Notes: generated by a model not told the origin, from the letters alone. A stretch of DNA of 64,000 nucleotides from Candidatus Omnitrophota bacterium (GCA_028715345.1 JAQUSB010000004.1:14922-78921), one strand, 5' to 3'. Counted from the first letter of the stretch, positions 42,043-52,625 are shown. Made by a program: numbers and translations.

Positions 42043-42962
42043 TGACCTCCAGTGAAAGAGTAAAAAAACTCCTGAGGCTCCCGTTTGCCGAACTTGTCCG
42101 CATCGCGGACCATACGCGCGCCGAAAATTCGGGTTCCAAGCTCGATATCTGCACCATATTGAACGCTAAGTCGGGTTCCTGCTCCGAAGACTGCAAATTC
42201 TGCGCCCAATCCTGCCGCCACGCGACAGGGATCGAAACATATCCGCTAAGACCGAATCACGAAATATTCGCGGCTGCCGTTGCCGCGAAGAAGAACGGCG
42301 CCGGACGATTCGGCATAGTTACGAGCGGGAATGTCCTGACCGGGGCTGAATTACATAGGCTCGCCGATTGCATATCCGATATCAAAAGTAAAATAGGCAT
42401 AAAAGTTTGCGCTTCGCTCGGAAAACTCGGCTCGGAAGATCTGAAAGCGCTGAAGCGCGCCGGACTAAGCCGCTACCACCACAATATCGAAACATCCCCG
42501 CGTTATTTTAAAAAGATCGTTACCACTCACACATTCGGCGAACGGCTTGAAACTATCAGTGCGGCGCAGTCTGCCGGGCTTGAAGTCTGCTCGGGCGGCA
42601 TCATTGGAATGGGAGAGGGTTGGCAGGACAGGATAGAGATGGCCGTTGTTTTAAAAGATTTGGGAGTGGATTCGGTCCCGGTAAATATACTTGTTCCCGT
42701 AGACGGGACACCGCTCGCCGGATCAAATAAAATTTCCTGCACCGACGCTATCAGGGCTATCGCGATATTCAGGATAATATTGAAAGATAAAACGGTAAAA
42801 ATTGCCGCGGGCCGCGAATCCGTATTGAAAGATTTCCAGGCATCCGCGTTCATGGCAGGCGCTAACGGAATGCTTATCGGCGGATACCTGACCGTGCGAG
42901 GGCGTGAAGTTGCCCAAGACCTTAAATTGATCGATGAAATAAAGGCTTTATGGAAACGATAA
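42042..42962 (+). CDS. bioB: biotin synthase
   Basis: 306 aa. Radical SAM CSEDCKFC. Confidence 0.9.
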   Translation: MTSSERVKKLLRLPFAELVRIADHTRAENSGSKLDICTILNAKSGSCSEDCKFCAQSCRHATGIETYPLRPNHEIFAAAVAAKKNGAGRFGIVTSGNVLTGAELHRLADCISDIKSKIGIKVCASLGKLGSEDLKALKRAGLSRYHHNIETSPRYFKKIVTTHTFGERLETISAAQSAGLEVCSGGIIGMGEGWQDRIEMAVVLKDLGVDSVPVNILVPVDGTPLAGSNKISCTDAIRAIAIFRIILKDKTVKIAAGRESVLKDFQASAFMAGANGMLIGGYLTVRGREVAQDLKLIDEIKALWKR

Positions 42963-44101
42963 AGGAATTTTTAGAAGCCAGGGACAGGGAAGGTTTATTG
43001 AGGAAGCTTAAGCCCGCTTCGTCGAGAAAAGCCGGTATTATACGCTTCGGCGCGAAAGAATATATCGACCTCTCTTCGAACGATTACCTGGGCCTGTCCG
43101 GCCACCCCAAATCGATAAAAGCCGCGAAAGAGGCCGCCGAAATTTACGGGGTAGGCGCGTCCGCATCGCGTCTTTTGAGCGGCGACCTCGAGATCTATCA
43201 TCGGCTGGAAGAAAAGACGGCGGAATTTAAAGGAAAAGAGAAGGCCCTCATATTCAATTCGGGTTACCAGGCCAACGTCGGCATATTGAGCGCTTTATAC
43301 GGCGAGGGCGACGTGATATTTTCCGATAAACTTAACCACGCCAGCATCGTAGACGGGCTGATGCTCTCCGGAGTAAAATTTTTCCGGTTTAAACATAACG
43401 ATACGGAACACCTGAATTCGCTTTTAAAAAAAGAGAGAGCGAAATTCAAGAAAGCGCTGATAATTACCGAGACGATCTTCAGTATGGACGGCGACAGGCC
43501 GGATCTTAAGGAGCTTGTTGCCTTAAAAGAGAAGTTCGATTGCGCCATTATGGTCGATGAAGCGCACGCGACGGGAATATTCGGTAAAAACGGTTCCGGC
43601 GTTGTCGAAGAAGAGGGGCTGACGGACAAGATCGACTTTATAATGGGGACATTCGGCAAGGCCCTGGGCAGTTTCGGGGCGTATCTTGCCGCATCAAGCG
43701 ACGTTATAGATTATATGGTGAATAAATGCAGGAGTTTTATCTATTCCACGGCGCTTCCGCCTGTCACTATTGCCTGCAATCTCGCGGCTATCGATCTTAT
43801 TAAGGAAGAGCCTTACAGAAGGCGGGAACTTTTAGAGGCGTCGGATCATTTTCGCAATGCGTTAAAGGAAAAAGGTTTTGATGTAAAAGGGTCGAGCCAG
43901 ATCGTCCCCGTTATCGTCGGTGATAATCATGCCGCCCTTAAAATGGCAGAGGCCTTGCAGGCGAGAGGCTATTGGGTTTTACCGATAAGGCCGCCGACAG
44001 TCCCTAAGGGCGAAGCCCGCCTCAGGTTTTCATTGAGCTTCGATCATAAAGCCCATTTTTTAGAAAGGCTCGTCGATGATATCTCGAAGATCAAAATTTA
44101 A
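42950..44101 (+). CDS. bioF: 8-amino-7-oxononanoate synthase
   Basis: 383 aa. PLP fold type I. Lys motif region TFGKALG. Confidence 0.85.
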   Translation: METIKEFLEARDREGLLRKLKPASSRKAGIIRFGAKEYIDLSSNDYLGLSGHPKSIKAAKEAAEIYGVGASASRLLSGDLEIYHRLEEKTAEFKGKEKALIFNSGYQANVGILSALYGEGDVIFSDKLNHASIVDGLMLSGVKFFRFKHNDTEHLNSLLKKERAKFKKALIITETIFSMDGDRPDLKELVALKEKFDCAIMVDEAHATGIFGKNGSGVVEEEGLTDKIDFIMGTFGKALGSFGAYLAASSDVIDYMVNKCRSFIYSTALPPVTIACNLAAIDLIKEEPYRRRELLEASDHFRNALKEKGFDVKGSSQIVPVIVGDNHAALKMAEALQARGYWVLPIRPPTVPKGEARLRFSLSFDHKAHFLERLVDDISKIKI

Positions 44102-44789
44102 ATTACTCGACAGAGGTTTTAAAGACACCATCTTACTTATTCCGGGATGGGCGGCAGACCACAGGATATTCGATACGCTCGAACTCGATTTTAATTACCT
44201 GATACCGGATCCGGTTTCTTTGTATGATTTTGAAGACTCGCTTACCGCGAGCCTAAAAAAAGATGCGTTGCGTAAAATATCTATCCTCGGCTGGTCTCTG
44301 GGCGGATATTTGGCCGCAGGTTTCGCATTAAACCATCCGGAATATGTAAATGACATTACTCTGATAGGGATGCGCGAAAAATATGACGCAAACGGCCTGG
44401 AAAAAATAAAAAGCTATATAAAAAATAATAAAAAGGCATATTTATATAAATTTTATAATGAATGCTTCTCGGCGGAAACGGAAGAAAACAGGTATCTGTC
44501 CCTATTTAAAAGGGGGTTGATGAGGGATTATCTGGAAAAAGCGAACGTCGATGAGCTTTTGGAAGGCCTCGACTATTTGGGCAGGGCAAAACTCGATCCC
44601 GCCGGCCTGGAAAATGCCAAAATAAAGTTTATCCACGGCGAACATGACAAGATAGCGCCTGTCCGGGGCATCGATGGGCTGAAAAAAGTCTTCCAGTCCG
44701 CGGAATTCATTATTATGAAGGGCGCGGGGCACATGCCGTTCTTAAGAAGCGATTTTAAGGATATCTTTTATGGAAAATATGATAGATAA
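44076..44789 (+). CDS. bioH: alpha/beta hydrolase, probable pimeloyl-ACP methyl ester esterase
   Basis: 237 aa. Nucleophile elbow GWSLGG. Located between bioF and bioC. Confidence 0.6.
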   Translation: MISRRSKFKLLDRGFKDTILLIPGWAADHRIFDTLELDFNYLIPDPVSLYDFEDSLTASLKKDALRKISILGWSLGGYLAAGFALNHPEYVNDITLIGMREKYDANGLEKIKSYIKNNKKAYLYKFYNECFSAETEENRYLSLFKRGLMRDYLEKANVDELLEGLDYLGRAKLDPAGLENAKIKFIHGEHDKIAPVRGIDGLKKVFQSAEFIIMKGAGHMPFLRSDFKDIFYGKYDR

Positions 44790-45543
44790 AGCCGTCATTT
44801 GCAAAAATTTTTCGGATAGCGCCCGATCTTACGATGATAATAACGGCATCCAGAATGAGGCCGGCCGGATGCTTGTTAAAAGATTGCCGACGGGTAATAT
44901 CGATACAATACTTGAAATAGGATGCGGCACGGGAAATTACACGCGTCTTCTGAGAGAGGCGTTCAAAGAGAGCAAAATAAAGGCGATAGACATATCGGAC
45001 GAGATGATCCGCGTCGCAAAACAAAAGTCGGCAGGTAAAAATACAGATTTTATCGCGGCCGACATAGAAACAGCGGTTTTCGACGAAAAATTCGACCTTA
45101 TTACATCAAACGCGGCCTTCCATTGGTTACCCGGCTTCGAAAAGACGATCGGGAAGCTGCAAGAGATGCTCACAGACGGCGGGACGATGGCCTTTTCCGC
45201 GTTCGGCCCTATGACGTTTTTCGAATTGAAGAAGTCTCTAAATTCTGTGGCCGATAAAGACGTACCGATGACGTCCGATCTTTTTCACAGCAAAGAGAAG
45301 ACGGAGCTTATTTTGAAAAAGTACTTTAAAACCGTCAGGATAACAGAGCGCCTGGCCGGGGAGACGTACAATTCCCTGTCGGAATTATTGAAAAAGATAA
45401 AAAATTCCGGCACACGCGGGCGGGGAGCGGGTTTCAATAAGATGTGGAGCCCCGACCTTTTAGCCAAAATAGAGAATAGATACCGGGAACGTTTCGGCGC
45501 TATCGAAGCGACGTACCAGATATTCTTTTGCGAGGCGTCATGA
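44770..45543 (+). CDS. bioC: malonyl-ACP O-methyltransferase
   Basis: 257 aa. SAM motif LEIGCGTGNYT. Confidence 0.7.
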   Translation: MENMIDKAVICKNFSDSARSYDDNNGIQNEAGRMLVKRLPTGNIDTILEIGCGTGNYTRLLREAFKESKIKAIDISDEMIRVAKQKSAGKNTDFIAADIETAVFDEKFDLITSNAAFHWLPGFEKTIGKLQEMLTDGGTMAFSAFGPMTFFELKKSLNSVADKDVPMTSDLFHSKEKTELILKKYFKTVRITERLAGETYNSLSELLKKIKNSGTRGRGAGFNKMWSPDLLAKIENRYRERFGAIEATYQIFFCEAS

Positions 45544-46103
45544 GAAATGCGATATTTGTAGCAGGCACGGATACGGGGGTAGGCAAGACGGTGGTGACGG
45601 GGCTCGTCGCAAAATATCTGGCCGGGGAAGGTTATAAGGTAGCGACACAGAAATGGGTCGAGACCGGCGTTACAAAAAGTAAGGCAGTATTTGCTTTTAA
45701 ATTGCCGGCGTCACCCCATCTGGCTGCAAAAAGCGAAGGGAAGACGATAAATATAGCGAAGATAAAAAACGATCTCAAAAAACTTTCGCGTAAAGCAGAC
45801 ATCGTAGTTATAGAAGGTACCGGCGGACTCATGGTGCCGCTAACGGAGAAAATACTCCTGATAGACGTGGTCAAAAAGCTTAAGATCCCAGTCCTGCTCG
45901 TCTGCGCCAACAGGCTGGGCGCGATAAACCACGCGCTGCTCAGCCTGGAAGCGTTAAAGGCAAGGAAGATGAAAGTTCTCGGCGTGGTCTTCAATCATAT
46001 TTCCAAAAAAGAGAATAGATCGATCCTAAAAGATAATCCCGGGATCGTGAAAAAATTCGCAAAGAAAGTGCCTGTATGGATAAATGGCTGGAAAAAGACC
46101 TAA
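45528..46103 (+). CDS. bioD: dethiobiotin synthetase
   Basis: 191 aa. P-loop GTDTGVGKT. Confidence 0.8.
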   Translation: MRGVMRNAIFVAGTDTGVGKTVVTGLVAKYLAGEGYKVATQKWVETGVTKSKAVFAFKLPASPHLAAKSEGKTINIAKIKNDLKKLSRKADIVVIEGTGGLMVPLTEKILLIDVVKKLKIPVLLVCANRLGAINHALLSLEALKARKMKVLGVVFNHISKKENRSILKDNPGIVKKFAKKVPVWINGWKKT

Positions 46104-47416
46104 AGTATAACTGGCATCCTTATACGCAGATGAAGGATTGCGGGAATTTCCCGCCCATCATGATAGAAAAAGCGAAAGGGATAAAGCTTTACGATAACAA
46201 AGACAATTTTTATTACGACACTATTTCGAGCTGGTGGTGCAATGTCCACGGCCACAACCATCCGAAGATAACCGCCGCGATAACGAAGCAGCTTAAAATG
46301 CTCGATCATGTCCTGTTCGCGGGATTTACTCATAAAAACGCCATAACTCTTGCCGAAAGACTTGTTTCCATAGCGCCGAAAGATCTTACGCGCGTCTTCT
46401 TTTCCGATAACGGCTCGACTGCCGCCGAAACGGCCCTTAAAATTTCATTTCAGTATTGGCATAATACGGGAAGGACAGGGAAAACGAAATTTTTGTCGCT
46501 CGACGCCGGATATCACGGCGACACCGTCGGCGCAATGTCCGTCGGGGGATTGAATTTATTCAATAAAATATTCTCTCCGCTCTTTTTTAGAACGTACAAG
46601 GCGCCGTCGCCTTATTGTTATCGATGTCCTATGGGCAAAAAGAGGGCAAATTGCGCTCTCGAATGCGTAAAGCCGATGGAAAATATCCTGAAGGAGCATT
46701 CAAATGAAATATCGGCTGTCATTTTAGAGCCGCTTGTGATGGCGGCCGGCGGGATGATCATATATCCGAAAGAATATCTGGCTAAAGCCGCAAAACTCGC
46801 TAAAAAATATGACGTTCATCTTATATTGGATGAAGTCGCGACCGGTTTCGGCCGGACCGGCAGGATGTTCGCGTGTGAACATGCAGGCGTAACGCCTGAC
46901 TTCATGTGCCTTTCTAAAGGTATCACATCAGGGACGCTGCCTCTGGGCGTAACGATGACCACGGAAAAGATATACAAAGCGTTTTATGCCGACCATAAAG
47001 AAAAGAAGACGTTCTATCACGGGCATACATATACCGCGAACCCCATAGTTTGCGCAGCGGCCCTGGCGAGCCTCGATATATTCGAAGAAGAGAAGACATT
47101 AAACAAGGTGAAAAAAATGTCAAAGCTATTACGCGCCGGATTGGAGCGATTCCGCGATCTGGCTATAGTCGGCGATGTGCGATCGATCGGTATGATCGGG
47201 GCGATCGAACTGGTCAAAGACAAGAAGGCGAAGGAGCCATTCAGTTTCGAAGAGAGGGTGGGGTTCAAGATATATAAGGAAGGCTTAAAAAAGAACCTCA
47301 TCCTGCGGCCTTTGGGCAATATCGTCTACTTATTCTTGCCTTTATCCGTCGGGAAAAAAGAACTGCAATATATTTTGTCCAACACCTACCAAATAATCGC
47401 ATCCGTGAAAAAATAA
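46076..47416 (+). CDS. bioA: adenosylmethionine-8-amino-7-oxononanoate aminotransferase
   Basis: 446 aa. Class III aminotransferase (ILDEVATGFGRTG). Confidence 0.85.
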   Translation: MDKWLEKDLKYNWHPYTQMKDCGNFPPIMIEKAKGIKLYDNKDNFYYDTISSWWCNVHGHNHPKITAAITKQLKMLDHVLFAGFTHKNAITLAERLVSIAPKDLTRVFFSDNGSTAAETALKISFQYWHNTGRTGKTKFLSLDAGYHGDTVGAMSVGGLNLFNKIFSPLFFRTYKAPSPYCYRCPMGKKRANCALECVKPMENILKEHSNEISAVILEPLVMAAGGMIIYPKEYLAKAAKLAKKYDVHLILDEVATGFGRTGRMFACEHAGVTPDFMCLSKGITSGTLPLGVTMTTEKIYKAFYADHKEKKTFYHGHTYTANPIVCAAALASLDIFEEEKTLNKVKKMSKLLRAGLERFRDLAIVGDVRSIGMIGAIELVKDKKAKEPFSFEERVGFKIYKEGLKKNLILRPLGNIVYLFLPLSVGKKELQYILSNTYQIIASVKK

Positions 47417-47424
47417 AAAAAGAA

Positions 47425-47452
47425 TTGACAAAATCCTGCAATATTGTATAAT
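47425..47452 (+). promoter_or_regulatory. putative sigma70 promoter for cysK
   Basis: TTGACA, 16 nt, TATAAT, in the bioA-cysK spacer. Confidence 0.4.
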
Positions 47453-47500
47453 CACTACTAAGTTAATCATATTTATTGGGTTTAAAAATCCGGAGATTTT

Positions 47501-48436
47501 ATGGCCAAAATATTTTCTGATATAACGAAAACCGTAGGCAATACACCTTTAGTTAAGATCAATAAACTTACACAAGGGTTGGATGCATCGGTTTTAGCTA
47601 AATTGGAATTTTTCAATCCTTTATCCAGCGTCAAAGACAGGATAGGCGTAGCGATGATAGAGGATGCCGAAAAGAAAGGCCTTTTAAAAAAAGGCTCCGT
47701 TATCATTGAACCGACCTCCGGTAATACAGGTATAGCGCTCGCGTTCGTTTGCGCCGCCAAAGGATATAAGCTTATACTGACAATGCCCGAGACGATGAGC
47801 GTGGAGCGCAGACAGCTGGTCAGGATCCTTGGCGCCGATATTGTCCTGACGGACGGCGCTAAAGGCATGAAAGGGGCTGTTGAAAAAGCGGAAGAACTTG
47901 TGAAAAAGACCAAAGATTCTTTTATGCCGCAGCAATTCAATAACCCAGCCAATCCGGAGATACATCGCAGGACGACGGCGGAAGAGATATGGAATGGCAC
48001 GGACGGTTCCGTGGATATATTTATCGCCGGCATAGGGACCGGCGGCACGATAACCGGCGTGGGGAAAGCTTTGAAAGCGAAAAAGCCGTCCATAAAGATC
48101 ATCGGGCTGGAGCCTAAAGAGTCGCCGGTTTTATCCGGAGGCAGGCCGGGCTCGCACAAGATACAGGGCATAGGCGCAGGTTTCGTCCCGGAAGTCTTTG
48201 ACAGCAAGGCGGTAGACGAGATATTGACCGTCGACGCGGAAGATTCGGGCAGGACCGCCAGGCGTCTCGCGGCGGAAGAAGGTATATTTGCCGGTATTTC
48301 GAGCGGGGCGGCGATGTGGGCTGCGCTCGAGGTCGCCAGGCGCAAAGAGTCCGCCGGTAAAACGATAGTGGTTTTATTGCCCGACACAGGCGAAAGATAT
48401 CTGTCCACCTGGCTATATCAGGACTTTTTAAAATGA
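47501..48436 (+). CDS. cysK: cysteine synthase A (O-acetylserine sulfhydrylase)
   Basis: 311 aa. Lys motif LSSVKDR, plus GTGGT. Confidence 0.85.
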   Translation: MAKIFSDITKTVGNTPLVKINKLTQGLDASVLAKLEFFNPLSSVKDRIGVAMIEDAEKKGLLKKGSVIIEPTSGNTGIALAFVCAAKGYKLILTMPETMSVERRQLVRILGADIVLTDGAKGMKGAVEKAEELVKKTKDSFMPQQFNNPANPEIHRRTTAEEIWNGTDGSVDIFIAGIGTGGTITGVGKALKAKKPSIKIIGLEPKESPVLSGGRPGSHKIQGIGAGFVPEVFDSKAVDEILTVDAEDSGRTARRLAAEEGIFAGISSGAAMWAALEVARRKESAGKTIVVLLPDTGERYLSTWLYQDFLK

Positions 48437-48897
48437 AGATAACATACAAAGGTGATTACGCGTTAAAAGCACTTTTCCAGCTGGCGCTTCGTTATGACGA
48501 AGGCGAGACGGAGGTAATGTCTATAAACGATATCGCGAAATTCGGCGACATGCCCGTCAATTTCCTGGAACAGATACTTCTTTTATTACGCAGAGGCGGT
48601 TTCGTCAAATCGAGGAGAGGCGTCAACGGCGGTTTTATCCTGGACCGTAACCCGAAGGATATCACCGTCGGAGAAGTTGTCAGGTTCATAGAAGGGCCGA
48701 TCGAGCCGATATCATGCATAAAGGAAGAATGCTATAAAGGATGTAAAGACATCACGAGCTGTATCTTCCGTGATGTGTGGAAAGAGGTCCGCGACGCCAT
48801 TTCGTCGGTCGTAGATACGCTGACATTCGAAGATCTGGTCTTGAAATATAAAGAAAAAGAACTTTCTCTGGAACCCGCGGGCGATTATACCATTTAA
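48433..48897 (+). CDS. Rrf2 family transcriptional regulator (CymR-like)
   Basis: 154 aa. N-terminal Rrf2 wHTH. Downstream of cysK, overlapping by 4 nt. Confidence 0.8.
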   Translation: MKITYKGDYALKALFQLALRYDEGETEVMSINDIAKFGDMPVNFLEQILLLLRRGGFVKSRRGVNGGFILDRNPKDITVGEVVRFIEGPIEPISCIKEECYKGCKDITSCIFRDVWKEVRDAISSVVDTLTFEDLVLKYKEKELSLEPAGDYTI

Positions 48898-48937
48898 ATA
48901 AGCCGCTTGCTATAAAAACGAAAGGAATATCCCATAC

Positions 48938-50152
48938 ATGCCAAAGACAATAAAAGAGATAAACGAAAAGATAAGGTCGGGCGCCGTGGTCGTCGTCACA
49001 GCGGAAGAGGTGATCGATCTCGTCGGGAAGAAAGGCCTGAAAGAGGCCGCCAGGCACGTCGACGTGGTCACGACAGGGACATTCGGCCCCATGTGCTCAT
49101 CGGGCGCGTTCCTTAACCTCGGACATACCAAACCGAAGATAAAGATAGGCGGCGGCGTCGCTAAGCTTAATAACGTACCGGCATATACAGGATTTGCCGC
49201 AGTCGATATATATATCGGCGCGACGGCAATGCCCGATGACGATCCGAGGAATAAAGTTTACCCCGGAGAATTCAGGTATGGGGGCGGACACGTTATAGAA
49301 GAGCTCGTCGCAGGCAAAGACGTGGTATTGGAGGCGACAGCTTACGGGACCGACTGCTATCCGAGAAAGCATATAAAGACGTACCTAAATATTAAAGACA
49401 TAAACGAAGCCGTTTTGTTAAACCCGAGGAATTGCTACCAGAACTACAACGTCGCGGTAAATTTATCGAGCGATAAGACCATCTATACTTATATGGGCGC
49501 TTTGAAACCGAAAATAGGCAACGCGAACTATTGTTCGGCGGGCCAATTGTCGCCGCTTTTAAAAGACCCCGATTATAAGACGATAGGCGTCGGGACGAGG
49601 ATATTCTTAGGAGGCGGTATAGGTTACGTTTATTGGAACGGGACCCAGCATAATCCGGGCGTGAAGAGAAAAGACAACGGTGTGCCGCAGGCGCCTGCCG
49701 GGACATTGGGCCTTATGGGCGATCTCAAACAGATGAAGCCGGAATGGCTGCGGGGCATTTCGTTCCAGGGATACGGCACGACCCTCACGGTGGGGGCAGG
49801 CATACCGATACCGATATTGAACGAAGATATCCTAAAGTCGGCCGCGGTAAAAGACGAGGATATCTGGGCCCAGATAGTAGATTACAGCGAAGACTATCCG
49901 CAGGGAAAAGTCGGCTCTTTGGGCGAGGTCAATTATAAGCAGCTGCGCAGCGGTAAAATAACCGTTAAAGGCAAAGAAGTCCCGACGGCATCGCTGTCGA
50001 GCTACCACAAAGCCGTAGAAATAGCCGAGGAGCTTAAAAAGTGGATCAAAGATAAGAAATTTTTCCTGACCGAATATGTCCAGGCCCTGCCCGACTCATC
50101 AAGCGGCGTGGTGTTCAAACCGTTGAAAGAGAGGCCGGTCAAGGAAGAATAG
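48938..50152 (+). CDS. DUF39/COG1900-type protein (homocysteine biosynthesis, L-aspartate-semialdehyde sulfurtransferase-like)
   Basis: 404 aa. N-terminus TIKEINEKIRSGAVVVVTAEEV. Conserved Cys residues. Sits in a sulfur-metabolism neighbourhood. Confidence 0.5.
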   Translation: MPKTIKEINEKIRSGAVVVVTAEEVIDLVGKKGLKEAARHVDVVTTGTFGPMCSSGAFLNLGHTKPKIKIGGGVAKLNNVPAYTGFAAVDIYIGATAMPDDDPRNKVYPGEFRYGGGHVIEELVAGKDVVLEATAYGTDCYPRKHIKTYLNIKDINEAVLLNPRNCYQNYNVAVNLSSDKTIYTYMGALKPKIGNANYCSAGQLSPLLKDPDYKTIGVGTRIFLGGGIGYVYWNGTQHNPGVKRKDNGVPQAPAGTLGLMGDLKQMKPEWLRGISFQGYGTTLTVGAGIPIPILNEDILKSAAVKDEDIWAQIVDYSEDYPQGKVGSLGEVNYKQLRSGKITVKGKEVPTASLSSYHKAVEIAEELKKWIKDKKFFLTEYVQALPDSSSGVVFKPLKERPVKEE

Positions 50153-50184
50153 TATTCTTTTGGAATATAGGGTATACTGTTGCC

Positions 50185-51084
50185 ATGGAAAATTTCATCC
50201 GAATATTTCTTCACTATACGTACGAAGTCATGCCTGCGCTTATAGTAGGCTTTTTTATAAGCGGATTTGTCCATGAGCTTATACCCGAAACCGCCGTACT
50301 TAAATATTTGGGTTCAAAAGGCCTAAAGCCGATCTTTCTCTCGACCGTTATCGGCACATTCCTGCCCGTATGCTGCTGGGGCTCGCTGCCTATAGCGGTC
50401 AGTTTATATAAGAAGGGCGCCAGAATGGGGCCGATACTCGCGTTTTTAGTGGCTACGCCCGCCACATCGATAAGCGCGCTTCTCGTCGCGTACAGCGTCT
50501 TGGGGATCGGGTTTACGCTATATATATTTTTCGCCGTAATAGTCATGGGGGTTTCCATAGGCATAATGGGCAATGCAATAAAATATGCACCGAAACCCGC
50601 GGGAAAGATCACCTGCCCTCATTGCGAGCTCGATCCGAAGCACATCCATACCCATAAGCGCAGGACATTAAAAGAGAAGAGCATGTCCGCGCTTAAGTAC
50701 GCTTTTATAGATCTTCCGAAAGAGATAGGCTTGGAACTTTTAATAGGTTTATTGCTAGCCGCGCTCGTTGCCACGTATCTGCCCATAGGATATATGATAA
50801 AGACATATTTAACAGGCGGTTTCGGGTACGTATTCAGCGTGGTATTCGGGCTTCTGATGTATATCTGCTCGACGGCAAGCGTCCCTCTTATCGACAGCCT
50901 CATGAAACAGGGGATGAACCACGGTGCGGCGATGACTTTACTTTTAATAGGGCCGGTCGCGAGTTACGGCACGATCCTCGTCTTGAGAAAAGAATACGGG
51001 ATGAAGGTATTATCGGCTTTCCTGGCAGTTCTTATAATTTCTTCTGTTTTACTGGGGATAGGATTCCAGGCGCTGGGATACTAA
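50185..51084 (+). CDS. permease, COG0701/DUF318 family with CC motif
   Basis: 299 aa polytopic membrane protein. Motif PVCCWGSLP. Confidence 0.55.
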   Translation: MENFIRIFLHYTYEVMPALIVGFFISGFVHELIPETAVLKYLGSKGLKPIFLSTVIGTFLPVCCWGSLPIAVSLYKKGARMGPILAFLVATPATSISALLVAYSVLGIGFTLYIFFAVIVMGVSIGIMGNAIKYAPKPAGKITCPHCELDPKHIHTHKRRTLKEKSMSALKYAFIDLPKEIGLELLIGLLLAALVATYLPIGYMIKTYLTGGFGYVFSVVFGLLMYICSTASVPLIDSLMKQGMNHGAAMTLLLIGPVASYGTILVLRKEYGMKVLSAFLAVLIISSVLLGIGFQALGY

Positions 51085-51100
51085 AATAAAAGGAGATCAA

Positions 51101-51328
51101 ATGAAATTCAATAAAAATATTATCGTATCGGTTTTCGCATTGACGTTAATATCGGCGTTTTTATTTACGGCCGGAACGGTTAACGCCCAGGATGAATCCG
51201 TGAACCGGGACGAGATATCGGTAAAGCTCGACCAGGTGTTGAGTAACCAGAAAATGATCATGGCCCAGATAGAATCCTTAAAACAGGAATTGACGATAGT
51301 AAAGATAAGGGTAACGCAGCAGCAATAA
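51101..51328 (+). CDS. small secreted coiled-coil protein, hypothetical
   Basis: 75 aa. Signal peptide ending VNA-QD. Gln-rich helix. Confidence 0.4.
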   Translation: MKFNKNIIVSVFALTLISAFLFTAGTVNAQDESVNRDEISVKLDQVLSNQKMIMAQIESLKQELTIVKIRVTQQQ

Positions 51329-51355
51329 CCGCCAATAACCGTTGCGGAGGTTTTT

Positions 51356-52081
51356 ATGGCAAACGAGAACATATCCTATTTAGTAGCGTTTACCGCCGGG
51401 TTCCTTACGTTTTTGTCGCCGTGCCTTTTACCCATAATACCGTCGTTCATCGCGTACATAACGGGCATATCATTAAGCGACCTGAATGACCCGGCCAAAA
51501 AAGACGCGGCAAAGCGGCGCAGTATCGTCCATTCTCTTTTATTCATCCTGGGATTCTCGATCGTTTTTATATTGCTGGGCCTTACAGCTACGGTTATAGG
51601 TAAAGCGCTGTTCCAATATCAGAAAGCGATACAGATCGCCGGCGGGATACTGATAGTCGCGTTCGGTTTGTACCTGATGGGAATAATTAAGCTCGACTTT
51701 TTAGGCAAAGAAGCTAAAATAAGGGTCAAGAGCGAAGGCGCAAGCTATCTCGGGTCGTTCCTGATAGGCGTAACATTCGCGGCCGCGTGGACACCCTGCG
51801 CCGGGCCGATACTCGGCTCGATATTGCTGCTTGCCGGGACGAAGACGAGCATCGTCGAAGGGGCGAAGCTATTAAGCGTCTATTCGCTCGGGATAGCGCT
51901 GCCGTTCTTTATAACGGCGCTTCTTATAAATACGTTCGTAACATATTTCAATAAACTGAAGAAATTCATAGGCATAGTGAATATGATAAGCGGGATATTC
52001 CTTGTCATAGTCGGTATCCTGATAATGACGAATTACCTGAGTGTCATAGCGATGAAACTGGAAACGTTGTTCGCGAAATAA
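51356..52081 (+). CDS. ccdA: cytochrome c-type biogenesis / thiol-disulfide transporter CcdA (DsbD core)
   Basis: 241 aa. Two conserved Cys (FLSPCLLP and WTPCAGP), 6 TM segments. Confidence 0.8.
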   Translation: MANENISYLVAFTAGFLTFLSPCLLPIIPSFIAYITGISLSDLNDPAKKDAAKRRSIVHSLLFILGFSIVFILLGLTATVIGKALFQYQKAIQIAGGILIVAFGLYLMGIIKLDFLGKEAKIRVKSEGASYLGSFLIGVTFAAAWTPCAGPILGSILLLAGTKTSIVEGAKLLSVYSLGIALPFFITALLINTFVTYFNKLKKFIGIVNMISGIFLVIVGILIMTNYLSVIAMKLETLFAK

Positions 52082-52086
52082 CGCAG

Positions 52087-52123
52087 TAGCGCACCCTTAA
52101 GGGTGCGCTACATTGTGGATAAC
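52087..52123 (+). repeat. intergenic hairpin (GTAGCGCACCC-TTAA-GGGTGCGCTAC) followed by the DnaA-box-like TGTGGATAA; copy 1 of 2
   Basis: Perfect 11-bp stem. The sequence that follows is the reverse complement of TTATCCACA. Near-identical element at 60881-60919. Confidence 0.5.
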
Positions 52124-52142
52124 TTTAAAACTCGGAGGACAT

Positions 52143-52625
52143 ATGCGTAAAATATTGACGATCGTAGTAGCAGCGCTTTTATTGACTTCATGTTCGCAAT
52201 CAAGCGCGATCGAGCTCGGCCAGTCGGCGCCTGACTTCAGCCTGACGGATACAGACGGCCAGAAAGTTAATCTGTCTGATTTTAAAGGCAAGGCCGTGAT
52301 ACTGAATTTTTTCGCCAGTTGGTGCCCGCCCTGCAGGGCTGAAATACCCGATTTCGTAGAGCTGCAGGAGGCGTATGGCGACAAAGGTTTTACTTTCGTC
52401 GGTGTAAGTTTAGTAGGCGCCCGGGAAACAAAAGACTTTGCCGCCAAGATGGGCATTAACTATCCCGTGCTCATAGACGACAACAAGGTAAGCGCGCTTT
52501 ACGGGCCGGTACGGTCGATCCCGACGACGTTTGTGATAGACAAAGATATGAAAGTTGTGAAGATCTATATAGGCGCAAGGTCAAAAGAAACGTTCGAATC
52601 GGACATAAAAGAGATGGCCAAATAG
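52143..52625 (+). CDS. TlpA/ResA-family thiol-disulfide oxidoreductase lipoprotein
   Basis: Start taken at MRKILT (RBS GGAGG). Lipobox LLTSC. Thioredoxin motif WCPPC. Confidence 0.8.
   Translation: MRKILTIVVAALLLTSCSQSSAIELGQSAPDFSLTDTDGQKVNLSDFKGKAVILNFFASWCPPCRAEIPDFVELQEAYGDKGFTFVGVSLVGARETKDFAAKMGINYPVLIDDNKVSALYGPVRSIPTTFVIDKDMKVVKIYIGARSKETFESDIKEMAK

Noticed and set aside
47482-48408. 308-aa minus-strand ORF
   Set aside because: Antisense to cysK.
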